Source: a virus. Taken from it: a stretch of DNA of 64,000 bases. The DNA is taken from positions 96,140-160,139 of the IMG/VR virus record IMGVR_UViG_3300035660_000001. The stretch is one strand, 5' to 3'. The position numbers and the translations under genes were made by a program. The notes under the pieces were generated by a model. It saw only the letters and a program-made list of their open reading frames with translations. It made no database searches and had not been told where the DNA came from. Of the stretch, positions 37,863-46,854 are shown piece after piece (within the stretch, counting starts at the first letter, position 1; each line of letters opens with the position of its first letter).

Positions 37863-38534
37863 ATGCCAGACAGGTTAGTTAAGATGTCGATGTGGAAGGG
37901 CATCCTGAAGGACGTTCTCGGGATGACGACCTACGCCACGATACGGGATCCCGACACGGGCCGGGACAACCTGAAGAGCATCCGGATCAGGGGAGCGAAG
38001 GACAAGATCGGCTTCGTGGCGACCAACGGCCACCAGTTCGTTTCCTTAGAGCTCGACCTCGTCAAGGTCGGCGTGGAGGGCGAAGAGATGCCGGAGGTTC
38101 TTTTGAACTACCGGGACGCCATCCGGATCGTGGACTTCCTCGAGCGTTCCGTCGTCGGGTTGGAGTCTGCGGATATCACCTTCAACCTGGGGGATCCCGA
38201 TGTGGACCTGAAGGAGCGGAAGCCGAGCCTTAGCATCTCGATGAACGGACGATCCCTGCAGGTTCCCCTGGCCTATGAGCCTGCCTATCCGAGCGTCGAC
38301 GATATCACGGCGAAGGCCAAGACCATTCCCGTCTCCGTCTGCTTCAACGCCAAGTATCTGATGGAGATGTGCCAGCACATCGGTGCCGACGACATTAAGC
38401 TCTGCGTAGACCGATCGTCGGCGGGACCCCTTACTCAGGTGACCTTGCTCCCGTCCGGAGTGAGGAAGAACGACAGCATCGATGCCCTGTGCATCTTGAT
38501 GCCGGTTCGGTTGCCGGGATCGGACCCAATTTGA
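37863..38534 (+). CDS. Beta sliding clamp-like protein (two-domain)
   Basis: VATNGHQ, YP, FNAKYL, ILMPVRL resemble DnaN domains 2-3. Confidence 0.65.
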   Translation: MPDRLVKMSMWKGILKDVLGMTTYATIRDPDTGRDNLKSIRIRGAKDKIGFVATNGHQFVSLELDLVKVGVEGEEMPEVLLNYRDAIRIVDFLERSVVGLESADITFNLGDPDVDLKERKPSLSISMNGRSLQVPLAYEPAYPSVDDITAKAKTIPVSVCFNAKYLMEMCQHIGADDIKLCVDRSSAGPLTQVTLLPSGVRKNDSIDALCILMPVRLPGSDPI

Positions 38535-39154
38535 AGTTAGGTGGGGAAGGGCCTGTGGCGACCCCGTTGCGGTTTAACTCCGCAGTCACTTCGGGCGAGC
38601 AGGTAACATTGCTATGGGGAGTCTAAAATTAACGAATGGGATTCCCAAAATTCCTTCCCTGCCTGGAATTATAAAGGGCGCGGCGCCGTCTTGCGGGCGG
38701 TGCGATCAAGTCGGGATTATCTCTACTGGCAAGTGGGGAGTGAGCCCCGGACGTCGCGCTCGATGATATCGTGGGGAGCTGACGACTGCCGAGAAGGGAC
38801 TGCCGTGCCCGGCGACGGTTCCGTATCAGCTGAAGCACTCCCCACGCATGGAATCATAGGAGGGACGAAATGTTTACTTGTTTAGTGGGTCGGTTAAGCC
38901 TGGATACCCCCATAGATGCCTCCCAGGAGGGCAGAAAGGCCTCTGGGGAGGGGTTGACCCAAGGGGATGGGGATTTGGATAGGGTCTTGACTTCTTGTGG
39001 CGATTTAAGGCTAAATGGTTATTGTCTGAGGAGACGATTTAACGGGCATGGAGGTTTTGTTAAATAATGGCCTGCGTTTATTCGGAGGTATCCTTGCCTG
39101 TCTCCTCAGACGGTAAGTTTCGAATGGCGCGGGCCTATATTTTAGCGAGGCACC

Positions 39155-39727
39155 ATGAGCGAGAATGTTCGAGCGTATTACTTAAGAACGGTAAGGTGTG
39201 CTGAATGCCAGAAAATATTCAAGACGAGAACGGGACAGAAAAAGTTTTGTTCGAATGAGTGTCAACAGAAAACATATTCCCGAGTGCATCCTCGTCCTAT
39301 AAAAGACCTCGGTATGGCAAAGTGTGAAGTATGCAAGGTAGAATTTAAACGTAAATATTGGAATCAGAGATTCTGTTCGAGGATTTGTTTTGGGGAATTG
39401 CGAAGTCCCCTTAGATATCTCTCGAGGGGAAATACAGGAGCGGTTTCGGAGCTGGTTGTTTGCGCCGACCTTCTCAAAAAGGGGTATGAAGTTTTTAGAT
39501 CAGTAAGTCCATCGAGTAGTTGTGATTTGATAGTCCTCAAGGACGGGAAGACATTAACTATTGAAGTTCGAACGGGGTGCGTGAATAGTGACGGTACGCA
39601 TCGATATTCTGGAAGAGTTAAAGCATCGGTGCTGGCTGTCGTGGTAATGAATTTGAAAGACAATTCGGAGGTAGAAATGAAGGTTCATTACGTTCCAGAA
39701 CTCTCGAAAAGTGGGATCGAAAAATGA
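39155..39727 (+). CDS. Zinc-finger plus PD-(D/E)XK endonuclease (homing endonuclease-like)
   Basis: Two CxxC..FCS repeats; GAVSE...GYEVF...DLIV...IEVR; lower GC. Confidence 0.75.
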   Translation: MSENVRAYYLRTVRCAECQKIFKTRTGQKKFCSNECQQKTYSRVHPRPIKDLGMAKCEVCKVEFKRKYWNQRFCSRICFGELRSPLRYLSRGNTGAVSELVVCADLLKKGYEVFRSVSPSSSCDLIVLKDGKTLTIEVRTGCVNSDGTHRYSGRVKASVLAVVVMNLKDNSEVEMKVHYVPELSKSGIEK

Positions 39728-40284
39728 AATACCTTACCCAGTGGACAAGGCCTATGGTGATCGGGATGAAAGCCTATGGCAGTATCACGGGCGACTTCCG
39801 GAAGCTCATGCCCCGGCTTGCGGGGGAGGGCGTGAAGCTCGCCGGAGAGCATGGCGTGGGAAACGCCAAGATCGGGATGGACGGAGTCTGCTTCTCGAGG
39901 CAGTGTGAGTTCACGAGCAAGCCCCGGAAGGTTATGGTCGGGGGATGGGACGGAGGGGCGGACGGAGGAGTCGCTGTAGCCGAGCAGAAGAAGGTCGGCG
40001 TCGATCCCTGGGAAGCGTTCTGCTTTCCCCGGACGATCCTTCCGGTCGACTGTGAGCCTTCCCGGGAGCATCAGAGCATGGAGTTCGTGGCGACCGACGA
40101 TGACGCCTACCAGCTCGCCGTGGAGAGCTTCCTTCTGATCGCCCGTTTCTACCTGGGGGAGAATATGGAGATCCAGACGCAGAAGGATGAGAATGCCAAG
40201 AAGGTATTCGCTCAGGCCATTGAGGTCTGCCGGTCCGTCCTGGGTTATAAAGTCGATCGCATCTTAGAGAAGGTGGCCGAGTGA
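39724..40284 (+). CDS. Hypothetical protein
   Basis: ATGA coupling. Confidence 0.55.
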   Translation: MKYLTQWTRPMVIGMKAYGSITGDFRKLMPRLAGEGVKLAGEHGVGNAKIGMDGVCFSRQCEFTSKPRKVMVGGWDGGADGGVAVAEQKKVGVDPWEAFCFPRTILPVDCEPSREHQSMEFVATDDDAYQLAVESFLLIARFYLGENMEIQTQKDENAKKVFAQAIEVCRSVLGYKVDRILEKVAE

Positions 40285-40643
40285 AGGTTTGTAGGTGGAA
40301 GAAGTGCCGGAAGAAGTTTGAGCCCCGGGCCCATGCTCAGGCGTATTGTAGTACCCGCTGTGTGATGGATGCCAACAACGAGAGGGATCGGCTCTGGTTG
40401 AAGGCTCACCCGGAGAAGGCGAAGGAGATGAACCGGAGGAAGCATCTCAGGAGACGCCGGAATCCGAAGAAGTGGGAAGCCTACAAGAAGTATCATCGGG
40501 ATTATAATGCTGTGCGTTTGTCTCTCGATAAGAACTTCAGGAAGCGTCGGAGGCTTTGGGAGAAGAAGGGACGCCTGAAGCGTCAGCTAATACGGATGGG
40601 AGTCGATCCGGCTACTCTTGAAAGTCTAACCTCGAAAGGATGA
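40281..40643 (+). CDS. Basic zinc-binding hypothetical protein
   Basis: C....C...YCSTRC; Arg/Lys-rich. Confidence 0.55.
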   Translation: MKVCRWKKCRKKFEPRAHAQAYCSTRCVMDANNERDRLWLKAHPEKAKEMNRRKHLRRRRNPKKWEAYKKYHRDYNAVRLSLDKNFRKRRRLWEKKGRLKRQLIRMGVDPATLESLTSKG

Positions 40644-40644
40644 A

Positions 40645-40836
40645 ATGGGAAGAGTCAAGTTCGTGACCGTCCGGCATGCCTGTGGTCACACGGAGACGTT
40701 TGAGGTTTCCGGAGACCCACAGGGCAACGCCCTGCTCATGAAGGTCCAGAAGCAAAGGCCGTGCCCGACGTGCGTAACGAAGGCTCGGGCGATCGGCCTT
40801 CAGGAGCCCTCAAAGAATTTTCCGGCAAGCCCTTGA
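40645..40836 (+). CDS. Small zinc-binding protein
   Basis: HACGH...CPTC. Confidence 0.55.
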   Translation: MGRVKFVTVRHACGHTETFEVSGDPQGNALLMKVQKQRPCPTCVTKARAIGLQEPSKNFPASP

Positions 40837-40861
40837 CAATTACTTTGAGAACCGTTATAAT
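40833..40861 (+). promoter_or_regulatory. Consensus sigma70 promoter
   Basis: TTGACA-17bp-TATAAT. Confidence 0.85.
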
Positions 40862-40884
40862 AAAGCCCATGAAGGAAAGATTCG

Positions 40885-41394
40885 ATGGCGAAGGGTAAGC
40901 AAATCCCGAGAGAGACCGTCGATCCGGTCATTGACAAGGTCTACAAGAGACTGCAGGGCGTGGCGTTAAACTTTACGGTCTGCGGGTCGCATCGCCGGGG
41001 CTGTCCTCTCGTGAGGGACGTCGACCTTGTGGCGATCGCATCTCAGGAGTCGGACAGGGATGTAATCCTGGAAGCCTTCGGGGAGCTTCTGGATCCGTCG
41101 TTCCCCCGCTTCCACGTCCAGGGCAACCGGGTCCACTCCGGACCGATCGACTACGTCATGGTCGATCTGAACGTCGGCCTGCCGGACGAGTGGGCTACGA
41201 TGGTCTGCTACGCAACGGGAAGCATGCTGTTCAACGTCCAGATGCGGGGCCTCGCTAAGAAGCAGGGATTCAAGCTGTCCCAATACGGCCTGTTCAAGCC
41301 GGACGGCTCGAGGGTCGTTACGCCTACGGAGGAGGACGTTTTTAAGGCGCTCGGAATGGACTTTAGGTTTCCGTCAGAGAGAGACCTTCACTAA
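40885..41394 (+). CDS. polX: Minimal family X DNA polymerase (palm plus thumb only)
   Basis: GSHRRG...DVDLV, VDL, ATGSMLFN, LSQYGL, EEDVF..LG...P.ER. Confidence 0.85.
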   Translation: MAKGKQIPRETVDPVIDKVYKRLQGVALNFTVCGSHRRGCPLVRDVDLVAIASQESDRDVILEAFGELLDPSFPRFHVQGNRVHSGPIDYVMVDLNVGLPDEWATMVCYATGSMLFNVQMRGLAKKQGFKLSQYGLFKPDGSRVVTPTEEDVFKALGMDFRFPSERDLH

Positions 41395-41406
41395 ATACAA
41401 CGGAGG

Positions 41407-41910
41407 ATGCGAGAGATGACAGATGCTATAGGATCAGGAGCCGGAACACCGAGAAGGCCCCGGAGACTGACGTCCAATTCGGGCGGGATGTCTCGGGTGC
41501 GGAGAAGGTGGACCTCCGAAGATCTGACCAGGCTCGTTAAGTTATATAAGTATCGGTGCTGGCCTACGCTGATAAAGATTTTCCACCGCCCCCAAAAGGC
41601 AATCGCTCAGCGGGTTGGCATCCTAAAAAGAGAAGGGCGAATTGCGGAAGGAGCTCACCCTCCGAAGAATAGCCGTCATCTGCCGGACGCTCATGGAGGA
41701 GGTGGGTCGGCTCCCGTTCAGGCGCCTCCCTGTCCAGTACCACCTGCTCCCCCGACCCTTCTCGATCTTGCTCCTGCTGACCGGGCGACTCTCGATCGGG
41801 CCGAGCGTATAATCGGAATTGTGGGCCGGATAAATACAAACCGGGAGGAGCATGGAAGGCTCTTGGAGGAGTTAGGCCGAGCGTGTTCTCAACATGGAGG
41901 AGGACGATGA
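41407..41910 (+). CDS. Myb/HTH-like hypothetical protein
   Basis: RRWTSEDL..L..LY pattern. Confidence 0.5.
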   Translation: MREMTDAIGSGAGTPRRPRRLTSNSGGMSRVRRRWTSEDLTRLVKLYKYRCWPTLIKIFHRPQKAIAQRVGILKREGRIAEGAHPPKNSRHLPDAHGGGGSAPVQAPPCPVPPAPPTLLDLAPADRATLDRAERIIGIVGRINTNREEHGRLLEELGRACSQHGGGR

Positions 41911-42443
41911 AGAAGAAATCTAAACCCAAGAAGCCTTTGCCGAAGAAGGCCGTGAAGAAGGCCCCGGCGAAGGCCGAGACCCCGGAGGTCAAGACACCCG
42001 AGGAGCCCAAGGCTCCAGCGGCTCCAGCGGCTCCGGAGGTCAAGGCGCCGGAGAAGAAGTCTGCCCTTCCGACGTTCCCTGCGGACGTCGAGCTCAAGAA
42101 CATCCTGTTGTTTGAGGGGAGGCTTGGGCCCTTCCAGGTGGGGGAGAAGGTTTATAAGCACATCCTGGACTTTATGTGCGGCCGCTGGTACTGGGATGAG
42201 GCTCTTTACGGGGCTTACGTTCCGGAGGAGCTCCGGAAGGGTTACGTTCTCTTATCCAGAGGATGGGGAGATAGCCCGACCGAAGGATGGAGGGATCACC
42301 TGAGCAAGACCGCCGTCGAGCGGGGATCTCGAAGGTCGGACGGGTCGCTTCCATCGTGGATGATGGATTCCCTGAAGGTTATGACCATTGAGCAGTTTAA
42401 GGAATGGTTCAATAAAATGCTCGATCTCAAGCAATCCCAGTAA
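41907..42443 (+). CDS. Hypothetical protein with Lys/Pro/Ala-rich N-terminus
   Basis: SD GGAGGAGG. Confidence 0.55.
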   Translation: MKKKSKPKKPLPKKAVKKAPAKAETPEVKTPEEPKAPAAPAAPEVKAPEKKSALPTFPADVELKNILLFEGRLGPFQVGEKVYKHILDFMCGRWYWDEALYGAYVPEELRKGYVLLSRGWGDSPTEGWRDHLSKTAVERGSRRSDGSLPSWMMDSLKVMTIEQFKEWFNKMLDLKQSQ

Positions 42444-42473
42444 GGACAGAGTCCTTAAGAGAGGAGGTGAATC

Positions 42474-43001
42474 GTGGCACAGGAAGTGGTTTATAGCGGA
42501 AATCCCCCGGAGTTCGTCGATCCACAGCTCATGCAGGTGTGGGCGTATGTGACTACTCTGGACCCGCTCGACGAGAAGCGGGACGTCGTGGTCGTCGACA
42601 ATCTCTCTGCGGAGTGGCAGGAGCGGTATCGGGAGGTATTCTTCTGGCGGTTCCACCGTCTGCGGGTGAAGAACGAAATCGACTTCCACATGAGCGTGAA
42701 GGACTTTGAGCATGTTTCCAAACTGGCGGTCGAGTACTTCCGCTTCGAGACGATGGAGAACGTCGCTATGCAGATGTTCTACCGGGATATCCGGGAGAAG
42801 TTCAAGCAGTGGGACAAGACACAGCTCGGCCTCCGGGTGAATACCGAGAAGGACGGAAGGCAACAGCCCGTTGACGTTTGGAAGGTCGTGTGGGTTCCCC
42901 CGCCGAACGAGGCCGGGACTAAGGATACCCTCGCCGACATCATCAGGGCAAACCCAGAGCAGGTTCGTGTTTTGACCAATCCGTCTTTGAGGACGGGTTG
43001 A
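42474..43001 (+). CDS. Hypothetical protein
   Basis: SD AGGAGGTGA. Confidence 0.6.
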   Translation: MAQEVVYSGNPPEFVDPQLMQVWAYVTTLDPLDEKRDVVVVDNLSAEWQERYREVFFWRFHRLRVKNEIDFHMSVKDFEHVSKLAVEYFRFETMENVAMQMFYRDIREKFKQWDKTQLGLRVNTEKDGRQQPVDVWKVVWVPPPNEAGTKDTLADIIRANPEQVRVLTNPSLRTG

Positions 43002-43042
43002 TCGCAGTCGTTAACCCATTTCAATGAAGGGAGGTGACGTAA

Positions 43043-43282
43043 GTGGAGAACGAAAGCTACTTCAACCTGACCAAGCTCGGCGCGACACCTTCGCGCCCTC
43101 AGCTTCCGGATGGAGGCCAGAGGCTCACTGTAGGAGAGATGCTGGAACAGCAGGTCGGCGCGAAGGGGAAGGAGGCCGAAGGCTACACGGTCAACGTCGA
43201 CGGTCGGTCGGTCGGTCTGAACGACGTGATCATGCCCGGCTCGAACGTCGTGGTTCTGAAGTCCCTTAGACTTGGTGACTGA
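43043..43282 (+). CDS. Ubiquitin-like (beta-grasp) protein ending LRLGD
   Basis: 79 aa; TVGEML, VNVDG, PGSNVVV; penultimate Gly; first gene of an E2/JAB/E1 operon. Confidence 0.7.
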   Translation: MENESYFNLTKLGATPSRPQLPDGGQRLTVGEMLEQQVGAKGKEAEGYTVNVDGRSVGLNDVIMPGSNVVVLKSLRLGD

Positions 43283-43355
43283 TTCCCCTCGGGGGTCCAA
43301 GCTCTAAGTCTGCAGACTCGGCGGCTTGTGGAGTCCCCACAGCCGCCGAGGGGAA
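43283..43355 (+). promoter_or_regulatory. Strong hairpin between Ubl and E2-like genes
   Basis: CTCGGCGGCTTGTGG/CCACAGCCGCCGAG; alternative pairing TTCCCCTCGG/CCGAGGGGAA. Confidence 0.5.
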
Positions 43356-43384
43356 TTTAACTAACGTGGAGAACGAGAAAGGAT

Positions 43385-44851
43385 ATGGCAAGATGGAGGG
43401 CATTTACGTGCTCGAGGGAGCAGGAGGAACTCCTGAGAGGATCCCGCATCACCTATGCCCGTATCAATTCCTCGGAGATTCAGGTTTCGGAGGACGTCGC
43501 CTTTCAGGTAGACGAGCTTCTCTCCGGAGCCGTGAGGAGCAATGGTATGAGCACCGGAAATGATATAGCCTTTCCCCCGATCACGGGTCGGAGGGATCAC
43601 AGGGACGCCGTAGAGGCGCCCAAGAAACCCGCTCCGGCGCCGGGTCCCCGGTTTATTATCCCAAGCCTTGAGAATGCCGAGGCCATGTTCTCGTGGCTCA
43701 ACAAGTTCGCTGGACTCAAGGCCGAAGTGATCATCCCCCACGCCGAGACGCCACCGAAGAACGTCCGGGTCGACGTGGATCAGAACGTCGACGAGAGGTT
43801 CAGGATTTACGTGATCGCCTTCCCGGATATCGAAGCCGGGAGCGTAGTCAAGAAGGGAACTCGGGAACGGTTCACCGTCTTAGGCCGGAGCTTCGCGATG
43901 GAGTCCGGAGAGGATGATTGCCTCGAGCTGTCCAATCCCAAAGCCTTCACGGATCGGGGTTGGAAGCTCATGACCGATGACAACGGAATACCCCTGGCGA
44001 TCTGGAAGGATCGGAACCTCTTCTTCCTGTGGGATATCGCCCACAGGAAGGACCTCAGCGGGGTCGATCTCGAGGACAAGGTCAACCTCTCGAAATATAT
44101 CGTCTTGCTGTGGCTGTCGGACGTTAAGGATCCCGAGCCCCTCAAGAAGTGGGTCGATGAAGTCAAGTCCAGGTTCTCAAAGGACTTTGTGGTCGGGCCG
44201 ATTCTGCTGGATGCCCTGAAGGAGCGGCATCAGACGGAGATTAAGAAGGTTGGCGAGGCCCTGAAGGATTTGAAGGGTAAGATCGACCTTTCGGCCCGGA
44301 CCCTCCGGACGCAATACGACGAACGGCATACCCTCGAGATCACGCTCGAGATTCACAAGGCCCTTGCCGGGAAGGTCGATCAGATGTTCAAGGATCAGAT
44401 CGAAGCTTTGAGGGGCCATCCCAAGATCGACCGGATCAGGTTCTTCGCGGCCGATGGCAGGGACAGCGTGATGCGTTTGGAGATCGTAACCAAGCCGATC
44501 GCATGGAAGGACTGGTGGCTTGGGCAGTATCAGTTTACAATCCCCCTGACGGAGGGCGCCCATCAGGTCATCGTGACCAATCTCTATCCCCCGCCATCGG
44601 GACGGCCTCACCCGCACATCAAGACGCCGGACAACGTCTGCTGGGGTAATTCCGGGTCGACGGTCCAGGAGCTTCTGTCGGGGTTGAGGTTCTTCGAGTT
44701 GACGGATCTGCTGGTTTGCATCGTGCAGTCCGTGACGCCCTCGGACGGATGGGGGTCGTCGGTCAGGGAGTGGCAGGACAGTGCAGTGCAGAGCAGGTAC
44801 ATTAAGATTTTCGGCAAGGTTCCTAAATCAAAAACGGAGGATGCGAGATGA
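43385..44851 (+). CDS. Coiled-coil protein with C-terminal prokaryotic E2-like domain
   Basis: PHPHIKTPDNVCWGN resembles the E2 HPx...C active-site segment; operon context. Confidence 0.65.
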   Translation: MARWRAFTCSREQEELLRGSRITYARINSSEIQVSEDVAFQVDELLSGAVRSNGMSTGNDIAFPPITGRRDHRDAVEAPKKPAPAPGPRFIIPSLENAEAMFSWLNKFAGLKAEVIIPHAETPPKNVRVDVDQNVDERFRIYVIAFPDIEAGSVVKKGTRERFTVLGRSFAMESGEDDCLELSNPKAFTDRGWKLMTDDNGIPLAIWKDRNLFFLWDIAHRKDLSGVDLEDKVNLSKYIVLLWLSDVKDPEPLKKWVDEVKSRFSKDFVVGPILLDALKERHQTEIKKVGEALKDLKGKIDLSARTLRTQYDERHTLEITLEIHKALAGKVDQMFKDQIEALRGHPKIDRIRFFAADGRDSVMRLEIVTKPIAWKDWWLGQYQFTIPLTEGAHQVIVTNLYPPPSGRPHPHIKTPDNVCWGNSGSTVQELLSGLRFFELTDLLVCIVQSVTPSDGWGSSVREWQDSAVQSRYIKIFGKVPKSKTEDAR

Positions 44852-45477
44852 AATCTAGGAAGTCGGACGACGGCTCCGATACGCCGTCGATTAAGATCAC
44901 CCTCAAGGCGTGGCGTAAAATCCTGCTCTTCGCGCAGGAGACGAACGTGGAGGTGGCCGGGCTCGGGACGGTCCAGATGCGAGGCAACAAGCCCGTCATC
45001 GACGACGTGATGGTTTTCAAGCACGAGAACCGCAGTGCGGCGGCGGCGGATCTCGACCCGCAGGATATCGCCGATGAGTTCTCCCGGCTGGTGGAGGCGA
45101 AGCAGGACACCGGGAAGTACCGTCTGTGCTGGCATAGCCATGTGAATATGGAAGCGTCCTTCAGCGGGACGGACAGGGCCTGCATGAATAGCCTTGCCGA
45201 TCTCTCGGAGTGGTTTCTGTGGATCGTGGTCAACAAGAGCGGGGACTATTCGGCGATGGTTACCGTCTACTCCCCGATCCGGCACTTCGCAGAGGCCAAG
45301 CTCGACGTTCTCTTCGACGAGTTCGACAAGAGTTTGATCGCCGGGGTGAAGCAGGAGATGCAGGAGAAACTTTTTCGCCATCCGGGTAAGGGTGAAGAGG
45401 CTTCTGAGGCTCCTGCGGTGGAAGGGCTGATCGAAGCATCGAAGACCGGGGTCCAGCAGGTTTTGGAGGGTCCATGA
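44848..45477 (+). CDS. JAB/MPN (JAMM) metallo-isopeptidase
   Basis: Upstream E(VAG) plus WHSHVNMEASFSGTD (HxH-x7-S-x2-D). Confidence 0.85.
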   Translation: MKSRKSDDGSDTPSIKITLKAWRKILLFAQETNVEVAGLGTVQMRGNKPVIDDVMVFKHENRSAAAADLDPQDIADEFSRLVEAKQDTGKYRLCWHSHVNMEASFSGTDRACMNSLADLSEWFLWIVVNKSGDYSAMVTVYSPIRHFAEAKLDVLFDEFDKSLIAGVKQEMQEKLFRHPGKGEEASEAPAVEGLIEASKTGVQQVLEGP

Positions 45478-46187
45478 CCACTCCGTCTACCATGAACCGG
45501 GACTTCTGGCGGCAGACGGACTTTTTCGATCCCATGAAGACGCCTGTGACTGCTACGGTCATAGGCGTCGGAGGGATCGGGTCGTTCACTGCGCTCGCTC
45601 TCGGGAAGCTGGGGATCAAGGAGCTCGTCCTCGTCGATCCGGACCTGGTGGAGGCTCACAACGTCCCCAATCAGCTCTTCAGGGTGCGCGACGTGGGGGA
45701 GGCGAAGGTCGTTGCCGCCGCTCATCTGATCAGGGAGCTCACGGGCATTGAGGAGATCAAGACCTGGGTCATGAGGTTTCCTCCGAAGGATAACCCGTAC
45801 CCGAAAGAGCTGATCACGACCGACCTCGTGGTCTGCGGGGTGGACACGATGCAGGCCCGGAAGGAAATCTGGGCGTCCGGGATCCGGCGTAACCCCGGGG
45901 TGAAGCTGTTCATCGACGGGCGGCTAGGGGGCGAGCAGTTACGAATCCTGTCCGTCAAGGATACCGTTTCGACGGATCAAATCGAACGCTACGAGCAGAC
46001 GATCGTTCCGGACGAGACGGTCCCCGACCTGCCCTGCACGGCCAGGGCGATCATCGATGTGGGATTTGTCATGGCCGCTTACATCACCCGGCTGGTCCGG
46101 AGGCACTTCACCGGACAGGCCATCCCGTTCGAGACCGTAGCCGACGTGAGCTTCCAGCTTCAGGGCCAGCTCTTTGAGTGGGGATAA
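45474..46187 (+). CDS. ThiF/E1-like activating enzyme
   Basis: GVGGIGS, DPDLVEAHNVPNQ, K, VDTMQAR, DGRLG; candidate catalytic Cys in PCTAR. Confidence 0.9.
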   Translation: MTTPSTMNRDFWRQTDFFDPMKTPVTATVIGVGGIGSFTALALGKLGIKELVLVDPDLVEAHNVPNQLFRVRDVGEAKVVAAAHLIRELTGIEEIKTWVMRFPPKDNPYPKELITTDLVVCGVDTMQARKEIWASGIRRNPGVKLFIDGRLGGEQLRILSVKDTVSTDQIERYEQTIVPDETVPDLPCTARAIIDVGFVMAAYITRLVRRHFTGQAIPFETVADVSFQLQGQLFEWG

Positions 46188-46492
46188 TGCCGTTCAAGCT
46201 CCAGGATTTCCATGTGGGCGACACCGTCAAGGTCGCCTGCCGTTGCACGATGCATCGGTTCGAGTTCAAGAACGACATGGGCGTCGTCGTTGCCCTCAAG
46301 CCTGCGGAGGGGGCTCTCCACTACGATACCATGTTCATCTGCCTTGACCGGAAGCGGAAGGACAGGAAGAGGTCGTTCCCTCCCCGGGGCGTGGACATTC
46401 CATCGGACGAGTGCCTGGCTTTGTTTTCCCACCGGTGTAACGTCGAATTCATAACCTCCGAGGAGAGGATATTCTTGAGGGAGCCGATTTGA
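46187..46492 (+). CDS. SH3/KOW-like protein, tail IFLREPI
   Basis: FHVGDTVKV...MGVVV. Confidence 0.6.
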   Translation: MPFKLQDFHVGDTVKVACRCTMHRFEFKNDMGVVVALKPAEGALHYDTMFICLDRKRKDRKRSFPPRGVDIPSDECLALFSHRCNVEFITSEERIFLREPI

Positions 46493-46854
46493 GAGGCAAG
46501 AGGAGATTCAAGATCGGAGATGTGGTGAAGGTTACGATGCTTGTGGATGCCAATAACTCCTTTCTCTTTCCCGGGGGACTACCCTTTCGAAATGACGGGG
46601 AGCCTGTTAAGGCGATTACTATGGGGGGAGAGCTAGCTGATCGAAGCAGTCTTCTCCTGAAGCTGGGAGTCATTGAGGACGTTAGAATTCAGCGGGGTGA
46701 AAAATTGAAGGTCACGGCTTACGTCGTGGCCTTCTTTAAGTCCGGTTCCGGGGTCCAGGATAAGTCCTTTGACGGGTATGCCCCGTTCCTGGGGGATGAG
46801 CTCGAGCTCGTGTCGAAGGTCGGGGAGAAGGCTATCGTGATCGGGGGGATATGA
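46489..46854 (+). CDS. SH3/KOW-like protein, tail AIVIGGI
   Basis: FKIGDVVKV...YVVAF...DELELV. Confidence 0.6.
   Translation: MRGKRRFKIGDVVKVTMLVDANNSFLFPGGLPFRNDGEPVKAITMGGELADRSSLLLKLGVIEDVRIQRGEKLKVTAYVVAFFKSGSGVQDKSFDGYAPFLGDELELVSKVGEKAIVIGGI

Noticed and set aside
38987-39017. Ninth sigma70 promoter
   Set aside because: The -35 is good but there is no convincing -10 at 17-bp spacing.
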